Assembly (NCBI GenBank): GCA_049517595.1
Contig: JBEKRW010000003.1
Location: 1-38,718 of the forward strand
DNA from: Candidatus Cybelea sp.
Lineage (GTDB): Bacteria > Vulcanimicrobiota > Vulcanimicrobiia > Vulcanimicrobiales > Vulcanimicrobiaceae
DNA length: 38,718 nucleotides
Direction of reading: 5' to 3'
Below are positions 1 to 8,180 of this stretch, piece after piece. A program made the translations under genes and the position numbers. Position 1 is the first letter of the stretch; each line of letters begins with the position of its first letter. The notes under the pieces were generated by a model. The model was not told where the DNA came from. It ran no database searches and saw only the letters and a program-made list of their open reading frames with translations.

Positions 1-73
1 CGACGATCCGATCGCGCGCCGCGCTAAAGCCGGTCGTTTCAACGTCGATAACCGCGTACCGTTCGCGCTGCAT
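1..73 (-). CDS. DEDD-family 3'-5' exonuclease (DnaQ/epsilon-like), first 24 codons only; gene continues past the left edge
   Basis: Reverse-strand ATG at 73..71 reads MQRERYAVIDVETTGFSAARDRIV. The IDVETTG segment matches the Exo I motif of DEDD exonucleases. It is too short for the ORF track, so I translated it by hand. It sits 28 nt downstream of the GNAT stop. Confidence 0.4.
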   Translation of the reverse strand, partial: MQRERYAVIDVETTGFSAARDRIV

Positions 74-101
74 GCCGCCATCGTCGCAGGTCTGAGTGCC
101 A

Positions 102-539
102 TCAGTATGGCACCCGTTCCATCCAACGGTCCGCATGCGCCATCGGGGTGAAGCCAAAGCGTTCGTATAGCCGATGTGCGTCCGACGTTGCCAGAATCCA
201 GCGTCCGACGTGGATGACGCGGGGATCTGCGAGCACGGCCTCTATCATCCACGTCCCAAGCCCCTTGCCGCGATGTTCTTCCTCGATAATCACGTCGCAG
301 AGCCACGCAAACGTCGAATAGTCGGTAACGACGCGGCTCATGCCGATCTGCCGTCCGCTTCGCGCTTCGTATAGCCCGAAACAAAGTGAGTTCTTCACGG
401 CCACATCGGTCGCGGCGCGAGAACGCTGTGAGGCCCAATAAGCACTTCCCAGAAGCCGCTCGATGGCGTCGAGGTCCAGGCGCGCCGGGTCGGTGCTGAT
501 GAAGAACCCGTCGCGTTGTATCATCAACTGTTGTATCAT
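102..539 (-). CDS. GNAT-family N-acetyltransferase
   Basis: The 146-aa ORF contains an acetyl-CoA binding-type segment (VIIEEEHRGKGLGTWMIEAVL) and a C-terminal RLYERFGF motif, both typical of GNAT folds. The track starts at TTG 542. An ATG lies at 539 and a second at 524 (see the 15-bp duplication). Confidence 0.85.
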   Translation of the reverse strand: MIQQLMIQRDGFFISTDPARLDLDAIERLLGSAYWASQRSRAATDVAVKNSLCFGLYEARSGRQIGMSRVVTDYSTFAWLCDVIIEEEHRGKGLGTWMIEAVLADPRVIHVGRWILATSDAHRLYERFGFTPMAHADRWMERVPY

Positions 540-544
540 CAACT
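515..544. repeat. Perfect 15-bp tandem duplication (gttgtatcatcaact x2) spanning the GNAT start region and the upstream gene's stop
   Basis: Read directly: 515..529 and 530..544 are identical. On the minus strand this duplicates TTG-ATG-ATA-CAA-C, giving LMIQQ/LMIQR and two ATG codons 15 nt apart. Confidence 0.9.
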
Positions 545-1796
545 ACGGAAGCAGGACGAAGGGATTGGCGCCGCTGGCGGCCAGGATGTACCAAGCCGTT
601 GCGCCGACGTGCAGCGAGGCAAAATATTTATCCCCGTCGCAATCGCTCAGGCCGTTCTTCGACGCAGCGATGACGCCGAGGCCATCACCGTTTGGGCCGT
701 TCGTCTGCGCGTACTGGATGTCGGCGAGATAGGTTTGCGCCCGAGACCGGTCGCCGGATTCGTTGCGCAGCTCGAGCGCGGCAGCGAGGTGCGCGGTACC
801 TTCGAACCACACGCCGGATCGGTCGCCGCTGCAGAAGCTTACGCCGCTGAAGCCGTCCTTGGTCACCGCTAAGTTCGTAACGTCCCAACTGGGAGCCGCG
901 GCCCAATCCGAATTTTTAAAAGCGAGGTAGCTCCACGAGTTGACGTCTTCGGGCTTGAACGATTTATTCGGCGTGCTTCCGTCGTTGCCGGTTCCAACGT
1001 AGAACCGCCCGTCGCGCGAATCCCACATCGACGCCACGAACCGTTGCGCCCATGCGGCGTTCGTCGTCCACCCCGACTCGCCCGACTCGGCGGCCAGCAT
1101 CGTAAAGAAGGCGTAGACGTCGATGTTGTGCTCGGTCGACTTCCACTTGATTTTCTTGCCGCGCGCGGTATAGCCGCCGGTATAACCGCCCTGACCGCGC
1201 GTGTCGTAGGTGTTGTTTTGCAGCCAGCCGGCAATCGCGAGCGCGCCGTTCAAGAACGAGTGGTTCGAGGTCTTTGCGTAGAGTTGAACGAGCGCCTGCC
1301 CAACCCACGCCATGTTGCCAACATCGCTGGTGTTGTCGTCAACCTTGATGTCGCCGGGATTGCGTAGCGGCTTCGGGCCGTACGCCGCGCGCAACCGGCC
1401 GTCATTTGCCTTATCGTTGGTTTGAAGGTAGAGAAATGCATTGCCGACGACTTCCGACCGCGCGATGTCGTCGGACGATCCTTGCGCCAGCAGCGCGTCG
1501 ATGAAGAGCGCATCGTCGTAGGTGACGGCGTCCTTGAAACGCCGCAGCGGGCCGCCGTCAAAGCTTTGCACGAGGCGCGTCGTGGAACCCTTGGCGTACT
1601 TGTCCATCATTAGGCGAAGGAACTCGTAGGCGTTCGAAACGCTTCCGGACGACGATCCGGCGCGCTGCGCGGCCGGTTCTGGCGGCGAGAACGAGGCGCC
1701 GTTCGGCGAACCCCCCGAACACGCCGCGATGACAAGCAACGCCGCGGCGGCGACCGCCGCCGCGGCGCCGTTCCGTTTCGGGGGCCGGGGCTTCAC
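543..1796 (-). CDS. Secreted lipoprotein of unknown function (possibly an alpha/alpha-barrel glycosidase-like fold)
   Basis: 417-aa ORF with a basic N-terminus, a hydrophobic core and the lipobox LLVIAAC-SGG. The mature part is rich in W/Y/N/G like carbohydrate-active proteins. I recognise no catalytic motif. Its stop TAG (545..543) abuts the GNAT start. Confidence 0.65.
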   Translation of the reverse strand: MKPRPPKRNGAAAAVAAAALLVIAACSGGSPNGASFSPPEPAAQRAGSSSGSVSNAYEFLRLMMDKYAKGSTTRLVQSFDGGPLRRFKDAVTYDDALFIDALLAQGSSDDIARSEVVGNAFLYLQTNDKANDGRLRAAYGPKPLRNPGDIKVDDNTSDVGNMAWVGQALVQLYAKTSNHSFLNGALAIAGWLQNNTYDTRGQGGYTGGYTARGKKIKWKSTEHNIDVYAFFTMLAAESGESGWTTNAAWAQRFVASMWDSRDGRFYVGTGNDGSTPNKSFKPEDVNSWSYLAFKNSDWAAAPSWDVTNLAVTKDGFSGVSFCSGDRSGVWFEGTAHLAAALELRNESGDRSRAQTYLADIQYAQTNGPNGDGLGVIAASKNGLSDCDGDKYFASLHVGATAWYILAASGANPFVLLP

Positions 1797-1905
1797 GCTT
1801 TCTTCATGCCTTCGGTCTAATATCGGTGCATACGGTTTGAGATGCCGCGCCGATCGCGAGGTTGCACGTGTCTGGGGGAAACCGAGCGCCGCGGCACCTC
1901 GACCG

Positions 1906-2226
1906 TTATTCGCCGGGTGGGTGGAACTTGACGGATTTCTTGGCCGCCTCGTCGACCTCTTCGGGTGGTATGAGGACGGTCGACCTCGTGCGTATCGAAC
2001 CCGAAGCGTTCACGGCAAGACCAATAGCCGAGGCAGCGATCTGATCGGGAAGATCGATAATGAGGATCGCATCCTCATCGCCAAACGTGAAATAAAAGGC
2101 CTCGAGCTTTCCGCCTAACGGAGCTAGCAGCTCTTCCACGGCCCGGCGGCGCGCGGTACCGCCGCTTTTTAATAAGCCACTCGCGCCTTCTGCCGTGTAC
2201 GAGGCGTGAATCATATACTTGGGCAC
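1906..2226 (-). CDS. GYD-domain protein
   Basis: The 106-aa ORF starts MPKYMIHASYTAEG...GGKLEAFYFTFGDEDAILIIDLPD, the hallmark layout of the GYD family. A GGAGGG Shine-Dalgarno sits upstream (reverse complement of 2232..2237). Confidence 0.8.
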   Translation of the reverse strand: MPKYMIHASYTAEGASGLLKSGGTARRRAVEELLAPLGGKLEAFYFTFGDEDAILIIDLPDQIAASAIGLAVNASGSIRTRSTVLIPPEEVDEAAKKSVKFHPPGE

Positions 2227-2276
2227 TGGTCACCCTCCGTTCGGTGTGGGGACTTCCCTTTATACGCGAAACGCTT

Positions 2277-3764
2277 CTACCCTATGTAAACCAGCTCCGT
2301 CATCATGCCGTCGTTCATGTGGATCTCGTTGTGACAGTGCAGCAGCCAGCGCCCCGGCGATGAATCGGCGGTAAACCGCCACGTCGCGGAGCCGTTTGCC
2401 GAAACGAGCGAGCCGTCTTTGGCCAGCGGACGCAGCAGCGGCATTTCGTTGACTTCCGTGAGCATAAAGATGTGACCGTGCAGGTGCATCGGATGATCCA
2501 TGTCGCTGGTGTTGCGAAACCGGACCGTGACCACTTCGCCGCGGCGCACGTGCAGTTTTGGCGTGTTCGGCCAGACCTTGCCCCCGATCGTCCACTGCGA
2601 ATTTCCCCAACCGCCGCCGCCGAGCACGAGATCGTACGTCGGCCGCACTCCGGGCGCCGGCTTCGTTTGCACCCCGACCCCGGCGGCCACCTCATAAGCA
2701 AAGACGGTTAAGCCGTCGACCGTCTGCGGCTCCGCCCGGGGCGGCGCATTTTCCATGCCCTCGGTATACAGCAGAACGGCCTGTTGCGACGCGAGCGGAT
2801 CGTTCGCAATGCCCTGAAGTAGAAACGCGCCCGAGTTACGCACCTCGAAGGTCGCGTCGTATCGCTCGCCCGGACCGATGCGAAGAACGTCGACGGTTGC
2901 CGGCTGCAGGAGCGGATTGCCGTCGGCGTGCGTAACGACGAGTTCGTGCCCGGCAAGCCGAACGTAGCGAGTCTGCGTCGGGCTCGTGTTGAGCGTGCGC
3001 AAGCGCACTCGATCGCCGAGGCGCACGGCAAGCTTCTTGCCGTAGGGATACGCCGCGCCGTTGATGCAGTGCGCGGCATAAGCGACCTCGTCACCCATTT
3101 GGGCCTGGCTCATTTGCATGCTCTGCCCCGACCCCATCGGGTCGCTCATCGGTGCCGCGCTGCGGCCGCGCATCGCCGCTTCTACCGAGCTCCACGTCGG
3201 CACGTCGTGAAAGACCAGCGCAAACTCGCGGTCTGCCGGCTCGTCGTTGGGATCCTCGACGACGAACATGCCGAAGAGCCCACGCGCCGAAGCCAAGCTG
3301 AACGCATGGTCGTGATACCAGCGCGTACCGGGCGGCCCCGGCGTAAAGTCGTAGACGAAAGAGCCGCCGCGCCGCACGGCCGGCTGTGTGATGCCGGCGG
3401 CGCCATCCATGCCGTTGGGCAAAAGCATACCGTGCCAGTGGATGCTCGTTGGAACGTTTACGCCGCTAACGTAGCGAACGCGAATGCGCTGGCCGTGCAC
3501 CACGCGCACGAGCGGCCCGGGAATCGTCCCGTTATAGGCCAGCCCGGAAAAATGCGAGCCCGGCCCAGGCGAAAACCGAATCGGTGACGAGCGCAGCGTG
3601 AGGTCGACGACGTCGCTTGCCAACGCACGCGGCGTCAGTTGCGGGATCGATGCTACCGCCAACGTACCGGCGCCGGCACGAAAGAAATCGCGCCGATTCA
3701 ACGAATCACTCGACCTGCAGCGGCGCCTCTTCGACCACTTCGTCGCCGGGCGTGTTTCGCGCAA
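2277..3764 (-). CDS. Multicopper oxidase, Tat-exported, with a Met-rich insert (CueO/CopA-like)
   Basis: Twin-arginine signal NRRDFFRAGAG. All four copper-site motifs are present: SIHWHG, WYHDH, HPMHLHGH and HCHNEIHMNDGMM. The Met-rich stretch reads PMSDPMGSGQSMQMSQAQMGD. An alternative TTG start at 3701 would remove the 59-nt overlap with the upstream gene. Confidence 0.9.
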   Translation of the reverse strand: MRETRPATKWSKRRRCRSSDSLNRRDFFRAGAGTLAVASIPQLTPRALASDVVDLTLRSSPIRFSPGPGSHFSGLAYNGTIPGPLVRVVHGQRIRVRYVSGVNVPTSIHWHGMLLPNGMDGAAGITQPAVRRGGSFVYDFTPGPPGTRWYHDHAFSLASARGLFGMFVVEDPNDEPADREFALVFHDVPTWSSVEAAMRGRSAAPMSDPMGSGQSMQMSQAQMGDEVAYAAHCINGAAYPYGKKLAVRLGDRVRLRTLNTSPTQTRYVRLAGHELVVTHADGNPLLQPATVDVLRIGPGERYDATFEVRNSGAFLLQGIANDPLASQQAVLLYTEGMENAPPRAEPQTVDGLTVFAYEVAAGVGVQTKPAPGVRPTYDLVLGGGGWGNSQWTIGGKVWPNTPKLHVRRGEVVTVRFRNTSDMDHPMHLHGHIFMLTEVNEMPLLRPLAKDGSLVSANGSATWRFTADSSPGRWLLHCHNEIHMNDGMMTELVYIG

Positions 3765-4176
3765 TAATGTACAGCTCGTACGAATGACGCCGCGACAGCG
3801 GCGGCAGCTCGAGCACGCGCATGTGAAAATGGTAGACGCCGGGCGCTAGCCGCGAGCTGTCGATGGAAAAAGCCGCCGTGCGGACTTCAACCGACGCCAC
3901 GTTGCTGCTTCCCACGATCGTCCCGTCGAACCACGTTCCCGGCCGAAGGGTCAGTGTCGAAAACCAGATGCTTACAATGCGAGGCGGATCGTTCGGCTTT
4001 GCGATCGGAGCTGCCGGCAGCGTGCGCGGGCTCTTACTCGAAACGGCGAGATTTGGCGGAACGGTAAGCGGTTTGGGCGAACACGCGTTAACACAACAAA
4101 GCGCCCCGATCACCAGTGTCGAAAGTGCGCTATGAAAAGGGTTTCGAGGCGAGTCGCAGGATGACACCCGATACAT
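3706..4176 (-). CDS. Small lipoprotein of unknown function (predicted beta-sandwich)
   Basis: The internal ATG at 4176 gives MYRVSS...STLVIGALCCVNAC-SPKP, a signal peptide with a lipobox. The longer track ORF (to 4323) has no signal-like N-terminus. It lies directly upstream of the multicopper oxidase on the same strand. Confidence 0.5.
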   Translation of the reverse strand: MYRVSSCDSPRNPFHSALSTLVIGALCCVNACSPKPLTVPPNLAVSSKSPRTLPAAPIAKPNDPPRIVSIWFSTLTLRPGTWFDGTIVGSSNVASVEVRTAAFSIDSSRLAPGVYHFHMRVLELPPLSRRHSYELYIIARNTPGDEVVEEAPLQVE

Positions 4177-5293
4177 GAAGTTGATGGATTTGCTTTCCCC
4201 TCGAGCAGAAGCCGGGCCTTCCCTACCCCGCCTCGACGTCGTCGTCGAGGGGTTGGGCGCGCCCAGCCGGCTCGATTGGTTGGCGACCTTCGCAGGCCTT
4301 TGGATTATGACCGGCCTCTTCATCGACGCGCATCAGCATCTTTTTCTCGCCGTCGAATCTTTCCTCAATCCGTGGCACATGACGATGTACAGCGGTGCGG
4401 TCTTTGCAGCCGCCGTTCTCGGCGTGACAATTTGGCGCAACTACCCCCGCGCCGGTTCCTTTTGGAAGGCGATTCCCTCGGGCTATTCGCAGAGCGTCGT
4501 CGGCGTGGCGGTGCTGTTGTTTGGGGGCGCGCTCGATTTTATTTGGCACGCGATCTTCGGCTTCGAGCACCAGCTCGATCTGCTGCTCAGCCCGCCACAC
4601 CTCTTTCTGCTTACGGGCCTCTTCTTCTTGATTACCGGCCCCGTGCGCAGCGCGCTCGCGCGCCCGCCGGGCACCCGCCTGGCCGAACAGCTTCCGATGC
4701 TGATTTCGCTCGGGCTCGCCTTCGAAATCATTCAGTTCGTCACGCAATACGGCTTCTATCCCGAGGCGTTGATGCGCGACCATCCGCTCCCTCAGGTTGC
4801 ATTCCAGAGCGAGCAGTTCGTCCTCTCCGTCTTCCTCTTTTACAAACAGGCGCTCGAAATCGCTACCGTGATTTGGCAGAGCCTTCTGCTTGCGGCAGCG
4901 GTCCTTTATCTCTGTGCCGGCCGGCGACTGGCTTTCGGCGCCCTCGCCGTCCTTTGCGTCGTAGAAAAGCTTTGGGTGGGCGGCGAGCTTTCGACGGACC
5001 TCAAAGAGCTGCTTCTCATCGTTCTGGCCTCGGCCGCGGCAGGGGTGATAGGCGATTTTCTCGTCGCGAGGCTGCGCCCGACGGTCCGAAATCCCAACGC
5101 ATTTAGAATCCTAGGCTTCGCGGTTCCCTCGGCATATTTTGCGGCGTACTTTGCGTTCGCCGTGCCGCTCTTCGGGGGAACGTGGTGGGACGCGAGCTTC
5201 GTCTTTGGATCGATCATCGAAGCCGGCATCGTCGGCCTTTGCATAAGCCAACTCTTTATCGCAGGATCGCAAACGGCTTCGAATACGGCATGA
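4175..5293 (+). CDS. Polytopic (~10 TM) integral membrane protein with conserved-looking His motifs; function unknown
   Basis: 372-aa ORF with repeated hydrophobic helices. His-containing motifs in the first four helices: FIDAHQH, NPWHM, DFIWHAIFGFEH and SPPHLF. Its stop overlaps the GT39 start in an ATGA (5290..5293). The start codon is uncertain (ATG 4175 or 4184). Confidence 0.65.
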   Translation: MKLMDLLSPRAEAGPSLPRLDVVVEGLGAPSRLDWLATFAGLWIMTGLFIDAHQHLFLAVESFLNPWHMTMYSGAVFAAAVLGVTIWRNYPRAGSFWKAIPSGYSQSVVGVAVLLFGGALDFIWHAIFGFEHQLDLLLSPPHLFLLTGLFFLITGPVRSALARPPGTRLAEQLPMLISLGLAFEIIQFVTQYGFYPEALMRDHPLPQVAFQSEQFVLSVFLFYKQALEIATVIWQSLLLAAAVLYLCAGRRLAFGALAVLCVVEKLWVGGELSTDLKELLLIVLASAAAGVIGDFLVARLRPTVRNPNAFRILGFAVPSAYFAAYFAFAVPLFGGTWWDASFVFGSIIEAGIVGLCISQLFIAGSQTASNTA

Positions 5294-6834
5294 AGCTTCG
5301 GCTTCATCCGAGCGCGTACGTGCTCGCACTAGCCACCACCGCTCTCCATCTCGCCGTCTGTCACCGTTTTGGGTACTATCGCGACGAGCTCTATTTCATC
5401 GACTGCGCGAAGCACCTGGCTTGGGGGTACGTGGACCAGCCGCCGCTCGTGCCGTTCGTCACGTGGCTGACGGGCCCGCTAGGATATCCGGTTTGGGGAT
5501 TGCGCTTCTTCCCCGCGATACTATCGGGCGTTACCGTGCTCTATGGCTGCGCGATCGCGCGCGAACTGCGCGGCGGCGCGTTCGCGCAAGCGCTTACAGG
5601 CTTGACGATCGTTCTGGCTCCGGGATTGATCGGTATTGCGTACGGCCTTTCCACGGAGTTGCTTTCGCCCGCGGCGTGGACCATCTTGATCTATTTGACG
5701 ATTCGGCTGGTGCGCACGCAAGACACGCGGTTTTACATCCCGATCGCCCTAATCGTAACGCTGGCGATGTATGCGAAATACTCGATCGCGGCATGCGCCG
5801 TTGCCTTGGCGGTCGGCTTGCTGCTGACGGGCCACGCCAACCTGCTGCGGTCGCGCTGGCTGTTGCTCGGCGTAGCGTTAACGGCGCTGCTGATCATGCC
5901 CAACGCGCTCTGGCAGATCGGGCACGGCTTCCCCATGCTCGAAGTGTTGCACAACGACCAGCTCAACCGCCACGCGCTTCGCAACGGCATGGCCGATGAA
6001 TCGCCAAACCGCTGGATCAACGCGCTCTACATGTTCGGCCTGCAGTTCATGTACCAAAACCCGCTCTTCGCGGCGGTTTGGGTTTGGGGACTCGTCTGGT
6101 TATGGCGCGAAAGGGCTTACCGCTATCTCACGGTCGCCTATCTCTTGCTGCTGGCGCTGCTGGTTGCGAGCATCGGCCGCGGCTACTATATCCAGGGTTT
6201 TTATCCGGCCCTGTTTGCGGCAGGCGCGGTCGCGATCGAAGCCGCGTTAAGCACGAAGCCGTCACGCTTTCGAGTGGCGCTGCTGGCAGCGACCGTCGTC
6301 GCCGGCCTGCCGATGTTTCCGCTCTCGCTCCCAATTCTGCCGCTTCCCGAATACATGGCCTACGAACGCGCGATCGGCTTGAGCCGCCCCGCACCGCCGG
6401 ACGGCAAGAGTCACCTGATCAATCCGATGTTCGCCGACCAGCTCGGCTGGAAAACGATGACGCAAACGGTCGCCGGCGCGTATTGGTCGCTACCCGCATC
6501 GCAACGTAGGGTCACTGCCGTCTTTGCCGACCGCTACGCATACGCCGGCGCACTCGACTATTACGGCGGGCGCTACGGCTTGCCGGCGGTCATCAGTCCG
6601 AACAACTCTTACTACCTGTGGGGCACGCGCGGCTATAGCGGTCGCTCCGTCTTAGCCGTGGGCGCAACCGATTATTGGCTGCTGCTGCACTGGTTCGGGA
6701 GCGTTCGCCAGATCGCCGTCTACCGCAACGATTACCGGTGGATGCTCGAGGGCCCGCTACCGATTTATCTTTGCACGCAGCCTCGCGTTCCGCTGGCTGC
6801 GATGTGGCCGGCGCTAAAGTATTATGGCCTCTAA
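5290..6834 (+). CDS. Glycosyltransferase family 39 (ArnT/PMT-like, lipid-linked sugar transferase)
   Basis: From the internal ATG at 5290: MKLRLHPSAYVLALA...YYRDELYFIDCAKHLAWGYVDQPPL. This is the DE-containing first periplasmic loop typical of GT39/PMT_2. It is followed by multiple TM helices and a soluble C-terminal domain. Confidence 0.8.
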   Translation: MKLRLHPSAYVLALATTALHLAVCHRFGYYRDELYFIDCAKHLAWGYVDQPPLVPFVTWLTGPLGYPVWGLRFFPAILSGVTVLYGCAIARELRGGAFAQALTGLTIVLAPGLIGIAYGLSTELLSPAAWTILIYLTIRLVRTQDTRFYIPIALIVTLAMYAKYSIAACAVALAVGLLLTGHANLLRSRWLLLGVALTALLIMPNALWQIGHGFPMLEVLHNDQLNRHALRNGMADESPNRWINALYMFGLQFMYQNPLFAAVWVWGLVWLWRERAYRYLTVAYLLLLALLVASIGRGYYIQGFYPALFAAGAVAIEAALSTKPSRFRVALLAATVVAGLPMFPLSLPILPLPEYMAYERAIGLSRPAPPDGKSHLINPMFADQLGWKTMTQTVAGAYWSLPASQRRVTAVFADRYAYAGALDYYGGRYGLPAVISPNNSYYLWGTRGYSGRSVLAVGATDYWLLLHWFGSVRQIAVYRNDYRWMLEGPLPIYLCTQPRVPLAAMWPALKYYGL

Positions 6835-6888
6835 TAAGCCGCCCGAGAAGGAAGGAATTCCTTCATTTATGGTATGACGTAAGCGCCT

Positions 6889-7587
6889 ATGGAAAACGTG
6901 CACGCTGAGCGTTCCGCCGGCTGGTCCATCCTTTGTTACGTCGCCGTTCTCATGATTGCGACGTTCCTCAACAGCAGCATGCCGGGGATGGACGTGAAGC
7001 CCTCCGACGCTGCGCTGGCATTCGATCAACATCGGTTCACGTTGCTGTGGGGCGCGTGGCTCACCTTTCCGGCCGTCGCCTTCCTTCTCTGGTTTTTGGT
7101 CGGACTGCGAAGCTATTTGACGGCTGCACCGGGGCGTCAAGAAGGGCTGCCCACATTCGCGTTAATCGCCGGCGTCGTGATGGCGGCAAGTTCCTTGTGG
7201 GCGGCGTGCTTGCAGATCGCGGCAGTGTATTTTTCGCCGGACACGTTTGCGGCTAACGGCCTGTCGGGCATCTTCGATGCGTTCGTCTTCGTGCAGGGTG
7301 GTCTCGGCTACGCTCCCGTTGCGATCTTCCTCTTTGCCGCGGCGCATAGCATGCGACGTCACGAATCGGCGCCACAGTGGCTCGCGATTTTCGGATATCT
7401 GGCGTCGTTCGGGGCGACGCTGGCGACCTTCTCGATCTTTTTCTCGTACGGCGACATGGCGCCCGGCGGCGCCGGTCCCGGAATCGTCGGAGCGCTGCCT
7501 GCTGCGGCGTGGTTGATTGCAACCGGCATCGTGCTCATTCAAAACAAACGCGGGTCGGGAGCGGCGAGCACGTCGGCCGCATCGTAG
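6889..7587 (+). CDS. Hypothetical integral membrane protein (~6 TM)
   Basis: 232-aa ORF with alternating hydrophobic helices and a Gly/Ser-rich tail. I recognise no catalytic motif. Confidence 0.55.
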   Translation: MENVHAERSAGWSILCYVAVLMIATFLNSSMPGMDVKPSDAALAFDQHRFTLLWGAWLTFPAVAFLLWFLVGLRSYLTAAPGRQEGLPTFALIAGVVMAASSLWAACLQIAAVYFSPDTFAANGLSGIFDAFVFVQGGLGYAPVAIFLFAAAHSMRRHESAPQWLAIFGYLASFGATLATFSIFFSYGDMAPGGAGPGIVGALPAAAWLIATGIVLIQNKRGSGAASTSAAS

Positions 7588-8150
7588 GCCGCGTTATTCA
7601 CGCGCCTCGACACCTCGCGAACCGTCATAAGCGCACCGTCGAGCGGGCGCAACAGCACGGCGGCCGCGTCCGGCGGTAGCGGCTCGGGATCCAGCCAAAG
7701 CGAGAGGCTCTCCGCGGAAAGAATGACGGGCATCCGGTCGTGCACCGGAGCGACGAGCGCGTTCGGGCGGCACGTCACCACATCGCACGCCGGTAGGCCG
7801 TTCCCGGGCCCCCAGAGTCCGGCGAAGGCAAACGGCTCGCCGGACTGCAGCGTATAGTAAAAGGGGCAGCGGTCGCGCCATTCGTAGAAGCCGTCGGCAA
7901 ACTCGATGCAACGTCGCGTAACGGCGCCCCGGCGCGCCGCAATCGATTCGGCGCGAATGTTGATGCGACCGCGCACCCCCCAACGCATCTCCTCGACCGT
8001 GTCGTGCCCGTCGTTACGGACCCCAAGGACGTGCTGAGCCGGAGCGATGTTATAGCGTGGAAGCCGCGTCTCGCTGAACTCCGGATAGCGAAACTGCGGA
8101 AACGCGGCGGGAAGCGCCTGCGGTTTGGTGAGCGTGAATCTGCCGCACAT
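7539..8150 (-). CDS. SOS-response-associated peptidase (SRAP/YedK family, abasic-site DNA-protein crosslinking)
   Basis: The internal ATG at 8150 gives MCGRFTL...YNIAPAQ...FYEW...FAFAGLW...VHDRMPVIL, the SRAP signature including the obligatory Cys2. The 131-codon upstream extension in the track ORF is not SRAP-like. Confidence 0.9.
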   Translation of the reverse strand: MCGRFTLTKPQALPAAFPQFRYPEFSETRLPRYNIAPAQHVLGVRNDGHDTVEEMRWGVRGRINIRAESIAARRGAVTRRCIEFADGFYEWRDRCPFYYTLQSGEPFAFAGLWGPGNGLPACDVVTCRPNALVAPVHDRMPVILSAESLSLWLDPEPLPPDAAAVLLRPLDGALMTVREVSRRVNNAAYDAADVLAAPDPRLF

Positions 8151-8180
8151 ATGTGGCATAATAGGCTGGTGCGCAACTAT

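Noticed and set aside
102-542. GNAT acetyltransferase considered as a toxin of a GNAT/RHH-type toxin-antitoxin pair.
   Set aside because: No small DNA-binding antitoxin ORF is adjacent. The upstream partner is a 417-aa secreted lipoprotein and the downstream one an exonuclease. The architecture does not fit a TA module.
8148-8153. CATATG considered as a recurring functional motif, because it occurs at two divergent start-codon junctions (8148 and 29287).
   Set aside because: Several CATATG sites are expected by chance at this base composition, and at least one other lies inside a CDS (near 18227). The arrangement of start codons is noted in the findings, but the hexamer itself is not evidence of a motif.
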